DNA of 64,000 bases from Setoptus koraiensis (taxonomy: Eukaryota; Animalia; Arthropoda). The notes beneath the pieces are model-generated. The model was not told the origin of the DNA, did not search any database, and saw only the letters and a program-made list of their open reading frames with translations. This document shows, in pieces, positions 11,219 to 24,200 of this stretch (positions within the stretch are counted from its first letter, which is position 1; each line of letters begins with the position of its first letter). Both the position numbers and the translations under genes were made by a program. The stretch lies in NCBI GenBank assembly GCA_048013815.1, contig CM106585.1, positions 2,728,001 through 2,792,000 of the forward strand, given 5' to 3'.

Positions 11219-13800
11219 ATTTGTCTCACGTTTGCCTGTTTCGCATGGCCCAACGCTGGCTGACACTGTCGTCAGCGGTGACGTGCGATATGCGGCTGTG
11301 GCAAGTGAGCAGCGAGCGTCGTGTCAGCTAATGAAGACGACAACAAAATGAGCCAAAGAGAGAGAGAGAGATTTTGTTATGTAATCATAATTTACTTTAC
11401 GTGCATTTCAGTTGCATTATTGGTGTGTGAATAATGGTGAATAATGGCGAGATAAACGCAGCGCCGAGAGCGACAGACGAGCAATGAGAGCAATGAGAGT
11501 TGCAATCAAGCAACAAACAAACAAACAAACAAACAACGACATGACTCCATTTATCTGAACACTTCTATAATGTTCTATAAGTTGTTGTTTTACAGCCAAC
11601 TACTGGCGTTTGCTGGCTCATGCCACACATACGCTGCTCACGACACGCCGATATATACGGGATAATATGCAGGATAATAGGCAGGATATATCCGCATATA
11701 TCCGTATAAATATCCGCGGCTAGCTGCATGCCAGCGCAATGTGTTCCAGCGAGTGCTTGAGCCCGTGCTTGGTGCGCCGCGTATATCTGGCAGCAACTGT
11801 TGCTCGCGAGCGGCGCTTGTGGCGCTGCCGGTCAAGTGTGCGTGGCATATGGGGCGCATCTGGTTTAGATTATTATTATCTGCTTCGGCGTTCGCGGTTC
11901 GGCGTTCGCGGTTCGGCGTTCGCGGTTCGGCGTTTGCGGCTCGCAGTTCGCAGTTCGCAGTTCGCGGCTCGCAGTTCGCAGTTCGGAGGCGAAGGAGCGA
12001 GCGAGCTCAAGGATGCAAATGGCCGCATCTTTGGCAACATGTGCAAGCATTTGTTTGTTTGGTGCCCGTCGTTGGTGTATTTGTTGTGCCACTGGCGGCC
12101 ATTTGCCACTAACTAACACGGTTTGCATCTCGCACGATCTGCATCTATCACCATTTATCTGGCTCTGGCAAAAATTGCCCACCAAACGTATTAGCTGGCG
12201 GCCCGTCGATGCCACGGTGCGACACAACCGGCCCACAGACGCAGCCAGACAGCGAGAAGTGGGCAAAAGTAGGCAAAAGTGGGCACATGTGGCACCATAA
12301 CCGATAGCCATCGTGGAAGCGATCATCATCATCATCACTGTCGAACAACAACTGCCAGCCAAATAATAGTAATAATAATAATAATTAGAGCACCAGTGTA
12401 TAATGGCCATTCAAATGAGATGACGTTCATGATGATTAATTAATTAATTAGCAAACGAGCGAACGAGCGACGAGCCGAGAGTGACGAGCACGACCGGCCC
12501 AAATTGACAAACGTACACTGACAATTGTCAGCTCCGACGTTTCGCTGGCGTCAACTCACGTCGACTGCGTCAATGTTCAACAATGAGCCGCGACAACAGC
12601 GACACCACCGACACCAACAACAACAGCAACAACAACAGCAGCAAAAACAACAGCAGAAGCAGCAGCAGCAACGACGCCAACAACAACGCCAACAACCGCC
12701 CAACTTGGCTCATCTGCAATCGTTGTCGGAATGACGGCAGAACAACAAAACTTTTGCGCCAGCCACAATAAAATAATTATACATAAATTCATGCAGTCGG
12801 CCAATTGCGACAATTGCTGCCAATCACCGAATTGGCCAAATTGGCCCAAAGTCAAACTGTCGCCCCCGCAAACTGCAGACTGCAGCTCGCCAGCCCATAA
12901 ATTGCAGCCCGCAAACTGCAGCCCGCAAACTGCCACTGGTGACTGCCAACTGGTGACTGCAAACTGGTGATTCGCGAGCTTCAAACTGCGAGCCGCAGTT
13001 TCCAGTGAACTGCAGTTTCCAGCGGACTGCAGTTTACTCGATTACTGCTGCGATTTGCATGCTGCGATTTGCATGGCGGCCGCGGACCGCGCCGACCGAG
13101 TTCGCCCGGCGCCGGCCCGACAAACAACGAGCAGGCAACCATAAGCCACAACATTGGCTTCATGGCAAACATGCGCGCGCATTAAAAACAAGCGGCGTGC
13201 AGCTTGTGGGAGCGTGCGCGCGCACGATGGGGGCGCTTGTCACTTTCGCTCATTTGGCGTATCCTCTCTGTCTGCCTGTGGCTTGCTCACATTGATTTGG
13301 CTGTTCATCGCGAAACACAACAACAACAGCAACAACTGCAACAACTGCGACAACTGCAACAACTGCGACAACTGCAACAACTGTAACAACAGCAACCACA
13401 GCAACAGCAACAATCGCAAGCCTCGCTGGCCAGACCAATCAGCGTATTGCAATCAACACTGAGCACCTGTCACGCGAATCGGGTGAAGTGACATGAATCA
13501 AACAAAAACCATATTGTGCAACAACACGCCGAACACACAAACAAAGAACAATCAAACAGTAATTAGCATCAGTAACAACATCAAGTGCAATTGCAACCAC
13601 ACCAACGAACACAACAATCACAACAATCACAAACAACGCCCACAATCTCACCTGTAAACTTACCTGTGCATAGAAAATACCTGTACCTATAGCCCTCACC
13701 TATACAGGTAAGTTGTCGCCAATTTGTTATTTTGTGCACCTGCCGTACAAATTTCGTACTACAAACAAACTGCTTTCAACGGCGCGTATGCCAGTGAACA
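11219..13800 (+). repeat. Direct segmental duplication, copy 2 (longer; 1.37 kb extra at 12049-13419)
   Basis: Same orientation as 4356-5516. It retains (GA)n, TCAGTT (11408-11413) and the donor CAG|GTAAGT (13707/13708), and has an expanded TCGCGGT/TCGCAGT 7-mer tract at ~11888-11985. Confidence 0.97.
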
Positions 13801-16800
13801 CAGCTAGCGTCCATTGTGTGTTGCGGTACCAACAATTGGCCGCCATTTCAAAAATGAGACAGTTACAGTGAATTTGTCGTTGTTGCGTCACACTGACTCA
13901 CCGCCAATTCGCGCCCATGATTAGCGACACTGACTCACAACAGACTGTTAGCGCTGCAACTCGTACAGTTATGATGCGATGATGCAACACACCAGCAGCA
14001 GCAGCATCATTACCGCTACGTTTGAGCCGTGAGTTTGGGCCAGCTCCTTTTAGGCCCTTTTAGGCCAGCTTTTGGGCTCAAACTAAAGCCAAACATTATA
14101 TTATTATGTCTCACCTCTGGTGTGGGGCCAGTGTCGCTTCCGCCGCGTGATCACGCGCGCCAATTGCGAGTGGCGGCCAAATTAAGGTTACGCGCACACA
14201 ATCGTGCGAGCAGCACAACAATAAATGCGAGCGCGCCCGTCAACATTTGATACAATTTAGAATGCGCAAATTGGAATGGGCCAACTCTAACGGCAGCGTT
14301 GGGCGCCCCCCAATTCGCGGCATCAATTCACGGGATTCAGTCACCGTAACAGTTGCAGCGCAAGTTATATAATAAATAATATGATAAGTATGACACTGTT
14401 AACAATGAGGTAACCGTTTGGCCGGCTCGCCTTGTTCGCTGGTTGTGCTCGGCGCGCCGGCAACTCGAGCAACAAACCCACAAACAGCCAGAGAGCGGGT
14501 TAGATTTTCACAGACAGATAAACAGAACAGAACAGAGCAGAGCAGAACAGCACTGAACAGCACTGAACAGAACAGAGCAAAACTGAACAGAGCGCGGCGT
14601 GTGCCCGATCGCATCATTAGGGCCCCAGCGCCGAAATCAGCCATCATATCATATTTGTCTCTCGCTGGCTCCGTTACAATTGTGCGCGTTCGCCCCAATG
14701 TGTCCTAATGCGCGTTCTAATGTGTAACAGACGACGACGCGCCGAAAGAGTTCGCTGGCCCTGAAACGGTTTCGCGACCGAGCAGCGCCAACCGCGACAC
14801 GTCGCCCGCTTGCACGTGCAAATTGGCCACAGCATCGTGTGCAAACCAAAGGTGCGCACCTTCACTTGTCTACCGCAGCGACTCGCTAGCGGCTGGCTTT
14901 TGCATCCGCTCTCATAAACATTGCGTAATACCTCTCGTAAACACTGTGCAATATCTGGCTGGCTGGCAACTGTTGGCTGGCCGGCGAGCTCGCGCTAACC
15001 GACCGCCGCCAACCGGCAACCTCGCGCAACAAAAATTGGCAGCCTCAAACCAACAAATGCTCATTTATTAAATCTAGGCAACACGAGCGAGCAACAATAG
15101 ACCAATTGGCTGTGGGGCCCACAAATATGAGCGTAACTGTTTACTGTTCCATTGGACACAATAGAGAATAGTTGGCACACCGCGACACATCGCTGCGCCA
15201 CTTTGGCCGGCATCCGGCAACGGCACGCCATTTATCTGTGTATTTGGCTCGGTGTGCCAGTACCATGTCGTCCGTTTGTATCTGCAAATGGCCCCCGCTC
15301 ACCCGCACACACCCGCCACCTACGCCACGGGTCTCGTGGCAGACCAATGGGGCCAGACAAATGGCGGCAAACGAACACCAGACGGCTCTGGTGTGTCTAT
15401 TCCAAGAGTGTGTGTGTGCGGAATTAATCAGCCCGGCCGAGCGCCATCTACACGCCGATACGATCGCACGAGATCGGGAGCGCCTCGGGTCACCGGAATC
15501 GCGTGCTCGCCGAGGCCCACGGGCTCCCAAACACCTGTGCGCGCGCGCTAATTGTGCCGATTGTGCCACCGGCGCGGCAATCACGGTGCCCACGGTGCCA
15601 ACGGTGCCAACGGTGGCACCAATTACGACACCAATTACGACACTAATCACGACAAGTTATGCCCACTGTCGCCTGTTGGCGGGCACAAATGCGGAATTAC
15701 AGTTACAACCGGGCCGGATTGATGGGCGCGCCGGCCCGATTGTAACTCGTTGCGGGTTGTGACTGGTTGCGGGCTGTGACTGGTTGCGGGCTGTGACTGG
15801 TTGCGGGCTGACCGCTGGCGCTGGCAGCCGGCGAGTCGGTTAAAGTTGGCTCAAGCAAGTTGGTCAAGTCAGGGCGAGCGCGTGCTGCCGCTGCCGGCGA
15901 TATTATGCAATATGTAATATGTGCGCCGATTAATAGTTGCCGAGTTGCAGGGAGGCACGAGTTTAAAAAAACGCAACGAGGCAGAGAGATTAGACAAGCG
16001 ATTATGTTGCGTTGGCAATGGAAATTCAATTAAGAGGGGCTGTGTATGTCGAAGGCACTAATTTCAAACATAGTGCAGTGTTGCAAATTACACAACAGGA
16101 GAGCGTTTTGTGAGAAAGGGGCCATGCGCAAGATTGACTGCACAGCAAAACAGCATTGAGAGATTCTTAATTAGTTGTTGCTGATTAACCTCATTATAAT
16201 AAATTTATATTGCTTCCCCTCGAGCAAACACACACACACACACACATACACGATGTACCTACAACAGGGTGTGCACACAGTAGTTTATTATTATTATTAT
16301 TACATTCATATATTCATATGGCACCGACCCACCGACTACAATGCACTGTGCAGTGTAATGTGTTGTTGTGTATACTGTGCACTGACTCTAAACATTGTCA
16401 GTGGTGTGCTCATTACGTCATTAGATGTTGCTTGTGTGTTTGCTCAAACTTTAAACTATGAACCGATGTGACTTGTGTGTGTGTGTGTACCAATATAAAT
16501 AAACTGGCTCACGTTACGTAATGAAATCGCACTATGCGATCTGTTCAGCAGATTCTGCTGGTTTGCACTAGCTGGCACTGGCGTGTGGAGCCCCCACTAG
16601 TGCCCGACTAGTAACACTAGTGTGTGTGTGTGAATTGAATTAGACTCCCTCTCTCTGCCTGCCTGCCCATTGATCCGATTGTGATGTAATATTTATGTGT
16701 AACATTGTACCACTAGTAGCCAATAATACAGCACAGAGGTCGCCATAGAGAGAGAGAGAGAGCGACTTCAACTTACAATTATAGGTCGCAAATTAATTAC

Positions 16801-16865
16801 TTAAATATCTAATTACTTTGTGTGAGTCTTCGCATTTACCACTAACTTATTCTTTTTGTTTTCGT

Positions 16866-16897
<32 letters not shown>

Positions 16898-17114
16898 CAA
16901 CAACAAACAAACAACGCTGCTGCTTGCTCCAGTTTAGCTGCATAGCTCACACACTGCATTCCGAATTGGACGTGGGGCTCAAAAGTGAAAGTGAGAGCAA
17001 GATTGAAACGTTGCAACAGCGCTGAGACTGAGGCAAAAAGTGAAAGTGAAACACAAAGTAAAAGTGCAAGTGAGAGTAAAAAATAAATCAAATTAATCTG
17101 GCTTCCCCCGCGCA

Positions 17115-17154
<40 letters not shown>

Positions 17155-17601
17155 GACATTACATAATAGGCAGCTACGTAACATTACGTAACATGTGCAC
17201 AACAACTACTTGTGTCTGGGCAAGGTAAACAGACCGCATAAACGACAGAGAGAAGGAGAGACAGAGAGAGTCTATAATGTGCTTATTAGCACACATTATA
17301 TTATACCTCACGACACATTATATTGTGCCGTTTGCTCGCTAGGTGGCTAGCGGCGCAAACGGCGCCGATAGTCTTGGCCCAAGACGGAGTGGAGCGCCCT
17401 CTCTCGCCGGCCTCTTGTCTATTGCACTGTATTGTATTGTAGTGTATTACAGTGATACTATTACAGTGGCTAGCCAACAACAACAGCAGCAACAACACAC
17501 ACACACTGTGTGCACAGCAGCACACAAACACGCACAGTGCACAGCGCAAGCTACCTGCAGTCACATGTATACTGAACACGGTACAATGTTGTATGCGCAC
17601 C

Positions 17602-17662
17602 TATAAAAGGTAGCGAGTGGCCTAGGTAGGCGCGCGCGAGCACAGGTAGGCGCCTATAAAAG
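17602..17662 (+). promoter_or_regulatory. Pair of TATA-box-like CTATAAAAGG elements 53 bp apart
   Basis: TATAAAAG at 17602-17609 and 17655-17662, each in a GC-rich flank. No clear Inr downstream. Confidence 0.3.
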
Positions 17663-17991
17663 GTCGAGCTTGGCGCGCTATAGGTTTGTTTTGTGTGACA
17701 AAGCGGCGGGCGCATTGTTCACTGCAGCCATCGGCATGGCAACTGGCGAGCGCGTGCAAAGGTTGGCCGGTTGCAGTTACGTAATGATAGATTGGGCGAC
17801 ATGTAATAACGGTAATTCTAGCAAGCGATTGGCGTTGTTGTTTGTGGCGCGACGCGACGCGATCTTGTGATTTTTATTTTGCACTTTTGTATCACAAGAT
17901 GCGAGCTGCGCCAATTGCGACAGAGATGGGGGCCAATTGTGATTTGCGATTTGTGTCTGTCGAGTGCCAAACTGGTTCGAGTCGCCAACTG

Positions 17992-18100
17992 GCCAACCGG
18001 TCGACCGGTCAACTGGCCAACTGGTCAACCGGTCGACTGGCCGACTGGTCAACCGGTCGACTGGCCGACTGGCCGACTGGTCAACTGGTCGACTGGCCAA
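17992..18100. repeat. Degenerate ~24-bp tandem repeat (ACCGGTCGACTGGCCGACTGGTCA-like)
   Basis: About 4 imperfect units built from CTGGCC/CTGGTC/GGTCGA words. Confidence 0.8.
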
Positions 18101-19914
18101 TCGAGCCGGCAACAAATTGGCGATAATAATTTCTGTGGCCTAACCAAGCGGCGGCAATATCGGTGTCGCTGGTCGCAGTGTGGGCAGCGACACCGAGCGA
18201 GTCGCGAGCGTCTCGACACAAATCGGTGTTGCGCTGACAGGCTGATTAGTTGGTTGGCGGGCCCCAGTCACATATATATATATATCAGTTTGTTTTGTTT
18301 CAGTAATCAATGCGCGCTGATATTTTATTTTGCTCGTTGCAAGTTTTGCTCGTTGCACGAGCGGCACAACGAGCCGCCCAAGCAAGTGACCATTGTGCGC
18401 ACTGGTCACTTTGCTTTTATTAAATTGATTTGAATGGCTCGCTGCGAGGCAAACAATGGCCGCCCGAGTGCAAAGTAAACTGGCCCACTAGCAAACAACT
18501 GGAGCAGAGTGCAGAAACAAAGTACTCGCTGAAATTGATTCCTCTCTCTCTCTCTCTATGTTGTAATTGCCGCTGTTGTCGTTGTCGTGTTGTTTGAACA
18601 ACAGCAACAACAACAACAACAACGACAACAACTCCTGAACTCGAAACGCTCGCGCGACCGGTGGCAGCACTTTAATTTGGCCAACAGCGGAGGCCCGAAT
18701 TACCGACAACAACAACAACGGCAACAACCAACCAACTAACTAACTGACGACCTGAAGTTGGCAAGCTGTGATAACGGTAACTGGTCGCTGGCGCCGCCCA
18801 GTTGCCAGCGGCCAGCGCTCGCTGCAAACGACACGTCGGACAAAACGTATCGATCTTGTTAAATGCCGCCTACGACACACACCGACCCACCGAGCCAACA
18901 AGCAGCGAATCCATTAATGTTTGTTTGTATGTTCATCTAGTAACAATTTGGGCCTCGCAGCGCGCCTAGCTCACTCATAAAAACAGTTAAGAATTAGAGT
19001 GATGACGCCAGCGAATGATGACAAACCAATGAGACCATATTATTACCATTCTGTGCCACTTGGCCGCTGCGGGGCCCCGCTGGCCCGGGCCTCGCTGTGC
19101 CGCTCGGGCGCACACTTGCGCTACATTGCTCAGCGGCTCAGTGCTCTGTGCTCTGTGCAGCGCTACAAAGTTGCAAAGCCGGCCAGTGTGCGCCCAATCT
19201 GGCACAAGTGCGGGTGCGCGGCATTAAATCACCGCACAATACCGCCGCCGCCGCTCTAACGTCGGGCGGCCGCCCGACCGGTGTCACCTTGGCCGCGCCG
19301 CGGCCGCTGCAAGTGGCACAGTTTGAGCCGGCACCGTTGCAGTATTGTGCTCGCCGCGCACGGGCCGCGCCCCGCGAGCGCCCGCGCGACAAGCGCAACG
19401 ACCGACCGACCGAAAGCGAGCGAGCGAGCGACCGACCGACCGACGCAAAGCGAGCGGGCGAGCGCGGTAATCATCAATTACCAGTTAACTAATGATACTT
19501 TCTCTCTCTCTCTCTGCCCCCTCTCGGCGTGTGTTCCAACAAGCAGCAGATATATATTGGTGCAGAGGGTGCACGAGTAGGGGCGCAAACACACAATTCA
19601 ACGGCAACGTATAAAAGCCGAATGCTGTTGTTTGGTGGTGCTGCTGTTTATTGATTACAATTGACATGGTTTTGCTTGTCATCAATCGATTACAAAGTTA
19701 TTGATGACTTGTTCTCTACTGTCCCCCTACTGGCGAGTTGCGCAATGTTATATGTGTGTGTATATCATCATCATCATCATCATGATAGTCATATCAATGT
19801 TTCTTTCTACTCATCTCATTTCATTTCATTTTATCTCGACTCGACTGTGGCTCTCAGCGTCTTGTCTCATTTGGTCGTATACTCGTCTCTCCGTGGCGCC
19901 CATCTCTGGGTCGA

Positions 19915-19946
<32 letters not shown>

Positions 19947-21216
19947 AGTTACGTAACAGTTATAGTTTATAGTTGTTATGTCGACGACGAGACAAGAGAG
20001 ACAGACATTTGAATTGGAGAGCAAAGCGACTCATCGATTGACACACACACAAAGACCATTTACGGCCTGAGCACTCATGGAGACAACAGCAACAGCAACA
20101 ACAACAACAACAACAACAACATTCTTGTTGTTTGTATGACATGAATTTGCACGTTGTCGATGGCTGCGTCGTAAAGACAACAAATATAAATATAAAAGTC
20201 ATCATTACTTTGATTTCTTACCACTACTGTGTTCATTTGCGAAATGGACTCGCGGAGAGGGGCCACTCGTGGCTCTATAAATATCCGCGGATAGCTCCAA
20301 ATATAAGTTACATTTGTACACGTCACTCAGGCACAATTGTCGTTTGTCGCTGCTCGTCGTCCAATCGGTTGTTGTCGGTTGTTGTCGGTTGTTGTCGGTT
20401 GTCGTCGGTCGTCGTCGGTTGTTGTTGCGGGCGACGGTGAGTGGCGAAAAACGGATAAAACTTTTGTTGCAACGGCGCCCAAAGCATCGATCGACAGGCA
20501 GCCGAGAGCGCCGACTGGGGCCAGATTTACTGCTTATTATTTATTCTGTGCACCATTGTAAATGTATCAACAGCAACTGGAGCAATATCTGGCCCGAGCC
20601 GAGTTATTGTGTCACTTGTTTATAGTTGCTCGCCACTGACCTACTGCCAACACCAGCGCCACTAATACTCAACTAATACAACTAAACTCATAAACGAGAC
20701 TCACCACGCAACCACTTTAAGTAACGGTCATCTCGTTACATGCTGCTATGGCCGCTATGTTACCAGCTATAGCTAGTAGTGGTATAGTAGCGGTGTGGCG
20801 CTGGCCGTGTAGCGGACAGTTAAACAGTTAAAACCGGCGCTAATGGACTATGATTGACACGGCCCATCAAGCTGCAACTGCACTAACTGGGCAACTAACT
20901 AACTAACTCGAGAACTGGCCGCTAGGCGCAACTCTGGCTGCAAACAGGCTAACAAACATAAAAGATCCATACGTATGTATAAGGTGATACACAATATATT
21001 ATATTATGTTATATTACATAAGTTGGTCGCCAACACGATAAGACGGCCTGTCGATGTGTGTGCCGCTCGAATTAGTCGCTGATTGACACGGCTCGACACA
21101 AAGGTGACACTAACAACGGCATATGATGTTTATTAATTAGATGACGTCCTCTGTGTGTCTAGATCACGCGTACAGATTAGACAGCCGCCATGACAGTCGC
21201 CCGCGACGGGGGCCAG

Positions 21217-21219
<3 letters not shown>

Positions 21220-21259
<40 letters not shown>
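21220..21259. repeat. (CA)n microsatellite, representative of many
   Basis: Long CA run. Similar CA/TG runs occur at ~16872, 17117, 19915 and 30749, and a CT run at ~24656. Confidence 0.95.
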
Positions 21260-21260
<1 letters not shown>

Positions 21261-24200
21261 AATTATAAGAGCACACATTGCATAACATTGTGTGCGTGTG
21301 TGTGTGTGCGGGGGGGGGCGACCTATAAAACTTGACTGGATAACCTGACAGTTATATACTGTCAGCTGTTCGCTGCAACTGTATACAAATGGCTAAACAC
21401 ACAACATGTACGTACTATTACGTAATAATAAGTAGTGGATAGTAGTGGTAATTTCGAGATGCGAATAACTAATCAGACAACAATGGCTGCTTTGGTGCCG
21501 CTATTAAAGCTGCTGCCAGCGCTGTTATTTACTCATGTCTTGCCACCACTTTTAGCCTTCGATGAGTGTGTGTGTGTGTGAGCTGGCGATCATGAACATG
21601 ATTATGTAATCAATGCTATGCACACACTTCGACGACAACAAACGCGCTGATTGTGTAGCTAGTGACCGGAAACATGATAAGAGTGAAACATTATACAGGG
21701 CCTGTCGTTGTTGCTGTCGCTGTTGTTGCTGTCGTTGACGAACGAGAGCACAATTGGCCGGCGCCAAAAAGCAGCTCTGAAAAGCTCAAAAGCACAAACT
21801 GGCCCAGCTCTGAGTGGACGAGCGTTACGTAACAAGCACAATGGGCAGTATTGTCACAACAGCAGCAGCAGCAGCAACAACAATGACAGTAGTTAACCTC
21901 CAGATAAGCTCCTCCAAAGTGCCACCGACGAGCCTCCCACTAAACGGCTAAGCTCATAAGAGCGCCCCTTACGTAACGTGTTGCACCTATTTAATTTGGA
22001 TTGTTGGCGCTTGTTTGGTGTGTCTAGACTGATCTGGTTTCGCTTCTGGTTTTGTCATCATTAATTGTGATGTTGCAAATAAAGTTGCCATTCGAGTCAC
22101 TGTTCGAGTCGCTACTCGAGTCGCTAGTCAAGTTGCTGGCACTGCAACTTGTGTGCCGATGCCATCGGATCGTCATACATCCGCCAATTGCATTGGCAGC
22201 GCAATTGGCGGCGCACAATAATTGCACAGACAGGCTGTGCGGCATCGGAGGTGCCTCATTAGTTACCTTGATTGACCCCATTAATTAGCGATGATTGCGC
22301 AATTGTTGTTGTTGTTGTTGTTGTTTGTTGCCAATTTAGCTGGCTGCTGCCAATGCCGCTGTTGGCTCACATCGGCTCATAGTGCACCAGCAAGATTGTG
22401 TGCCAAATAGCGGTGCCCCGCACACGCGCACGAAACGCGCACAATGGCTGGCACGACTTTACGAATCATTAGTCGAAGCTAGTCGAAATTGGCTGCTTGG
22501 TTGGCTCGCTGGCAACTACCTATGAAATGGCTCATTAAATGAGCCGGCTCACAAATACCTCCCGTGCGCCGTTATTAGGCGCAGGCAGCCCCGCTTGTGC
22601 CGGTTATGTAATTTATCCCGGCGCAATCGTTTTATCCGCACCGTTGGCGGTTGAGCGAGTGTGCGCCTGCAGAGATAAAAGTAAACAATTGTCTGACAAT
22701 CAATTGCATATTTTTGCTCGCCGTGCATTGTTGTTGTTGTTGTTCGGCTCGCAATGGCGTTGTTGTGCGAAACAACAAAAAGACAACGGCAGCAACAACA
22801 GCAGCAGCAACAACGGCAACAACAACACGGCTTATTATTAACTTTCTAGTTGGCCAGCGCGCGATTATGCACGTGATTAAATGCGCGCCATCAATTATCT
22901 TTCAGTCAGGTTGCAGCGCGCTCTTGCGCTGATCCGCTGCACTTGCGCCCGGTCTGCATCTTTTATCGCCATTATGTTGCCCTCTCTGGCGGGCCGGTTG
23001 GCGGGCCGGCTGGCTGGCGGGCTGACTGGCAGGCTGGATGAGTGATGATGATAATGGCGCGATGACGGGCCCGCCAGAGTCAATTAAAATAAGAGCAAGC
23101 GAAGAAAGTAAATACATTTGCGCTTACGTAACCCGCCGTCGCCGCCGCCGAACAACCAAACAACCAAATAACCAACTTGCCAACTTACGCACAGCGTTAG
23201 CGTTGGCAAGTTGGGGCAACAACAAAAGGTGCCCGCACGTACTAAATCACGTGCACCACGAAAGGGCTGACGAGTTGCTGGCGGGTTGCCGCTGCGAGGT
23301 AGCGCGGGCGACGCACCCGAGACGGAAGCGGCGCGGCCCGAGCGCTTGCGGGGTACACAAGGGGCAATGTTTGTGTAATCAAGTTAATTAAAAGCCGGCC
23401 GCTTGTTGTACTTGTGTGCATGGACAGTGGTAATTTAGTAGTGTCATTGGAGTGCGAGCAGCATTGATTTAGTTATTTATCATTACCATTATTATTATTA
23501 TTATTATTGCTGTTGTTATTGTTATTATCTGCGCGGTGCGCGTTCGAATTGCAGCGCACCGAGCGGGGGCCCAGCAAGCAGCGTCGTTGTCGTTGTTGCC
23601 AAACAACGACAACGACGAGAACAACAACAACAGCAACAACAGCGGCAACAACAGCGGCAACAACAGCGGCAACAACAACGGCGCCAACGGTGCGCAAACA
23701 AGCCGCTCGGTATGGCACGGCTGAGCAGGCCTCCTTATCAATCAAGGCCAATAACAACAATGACGATAACAACAATGCCGCTCGCAATAACAATGCCCGG
23801 CCTAATAAACGGGCCCCACAAGCGCCGGTGATGATCGCTCGGGACCCCTGCCGAACGCGCCGTCATTATTGTGCCATTGGCCAGATCGCGGCCGGCCCAT
23901 TCATTAGCCAATGAGCTGATGATTCGAATTGTGGGCCCGATTGTTATTGGGCCGGGCGCCAACTTGAAACTGGCTCAATCTCTATCTCGATCTCTATCTC
24001 TAGCGGCCAGCCAGCCAGTCAGCCAATCAGCAGATATGCGCCATCATTTGCCAATTTGATGCCGGGCCCGGCGCGCGCTGTAAAGTGCGCCAGACGAGGT
24101 AAGCTCTAAATGGGGCCCTTCGGTTTGCTGCGCTTAATCAGGCCCGATCTGTGCCTGTGCCAGATATGCATAGATGGGGCCAGCACACTGTATAATCGAC

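Noticed and set aside
12049-13419. Extra 1.37 kb in copy 2 as a spliced intron (which would make copy 1 a retrocopy) or as a transposon
   Set aside because: There is no credible GT donor at the left edge and no pyrimidine tract before the AG at 13420. Copy 1 also keeps the downstream donor and intron sequence. No terminal repeats or transposase were seen.
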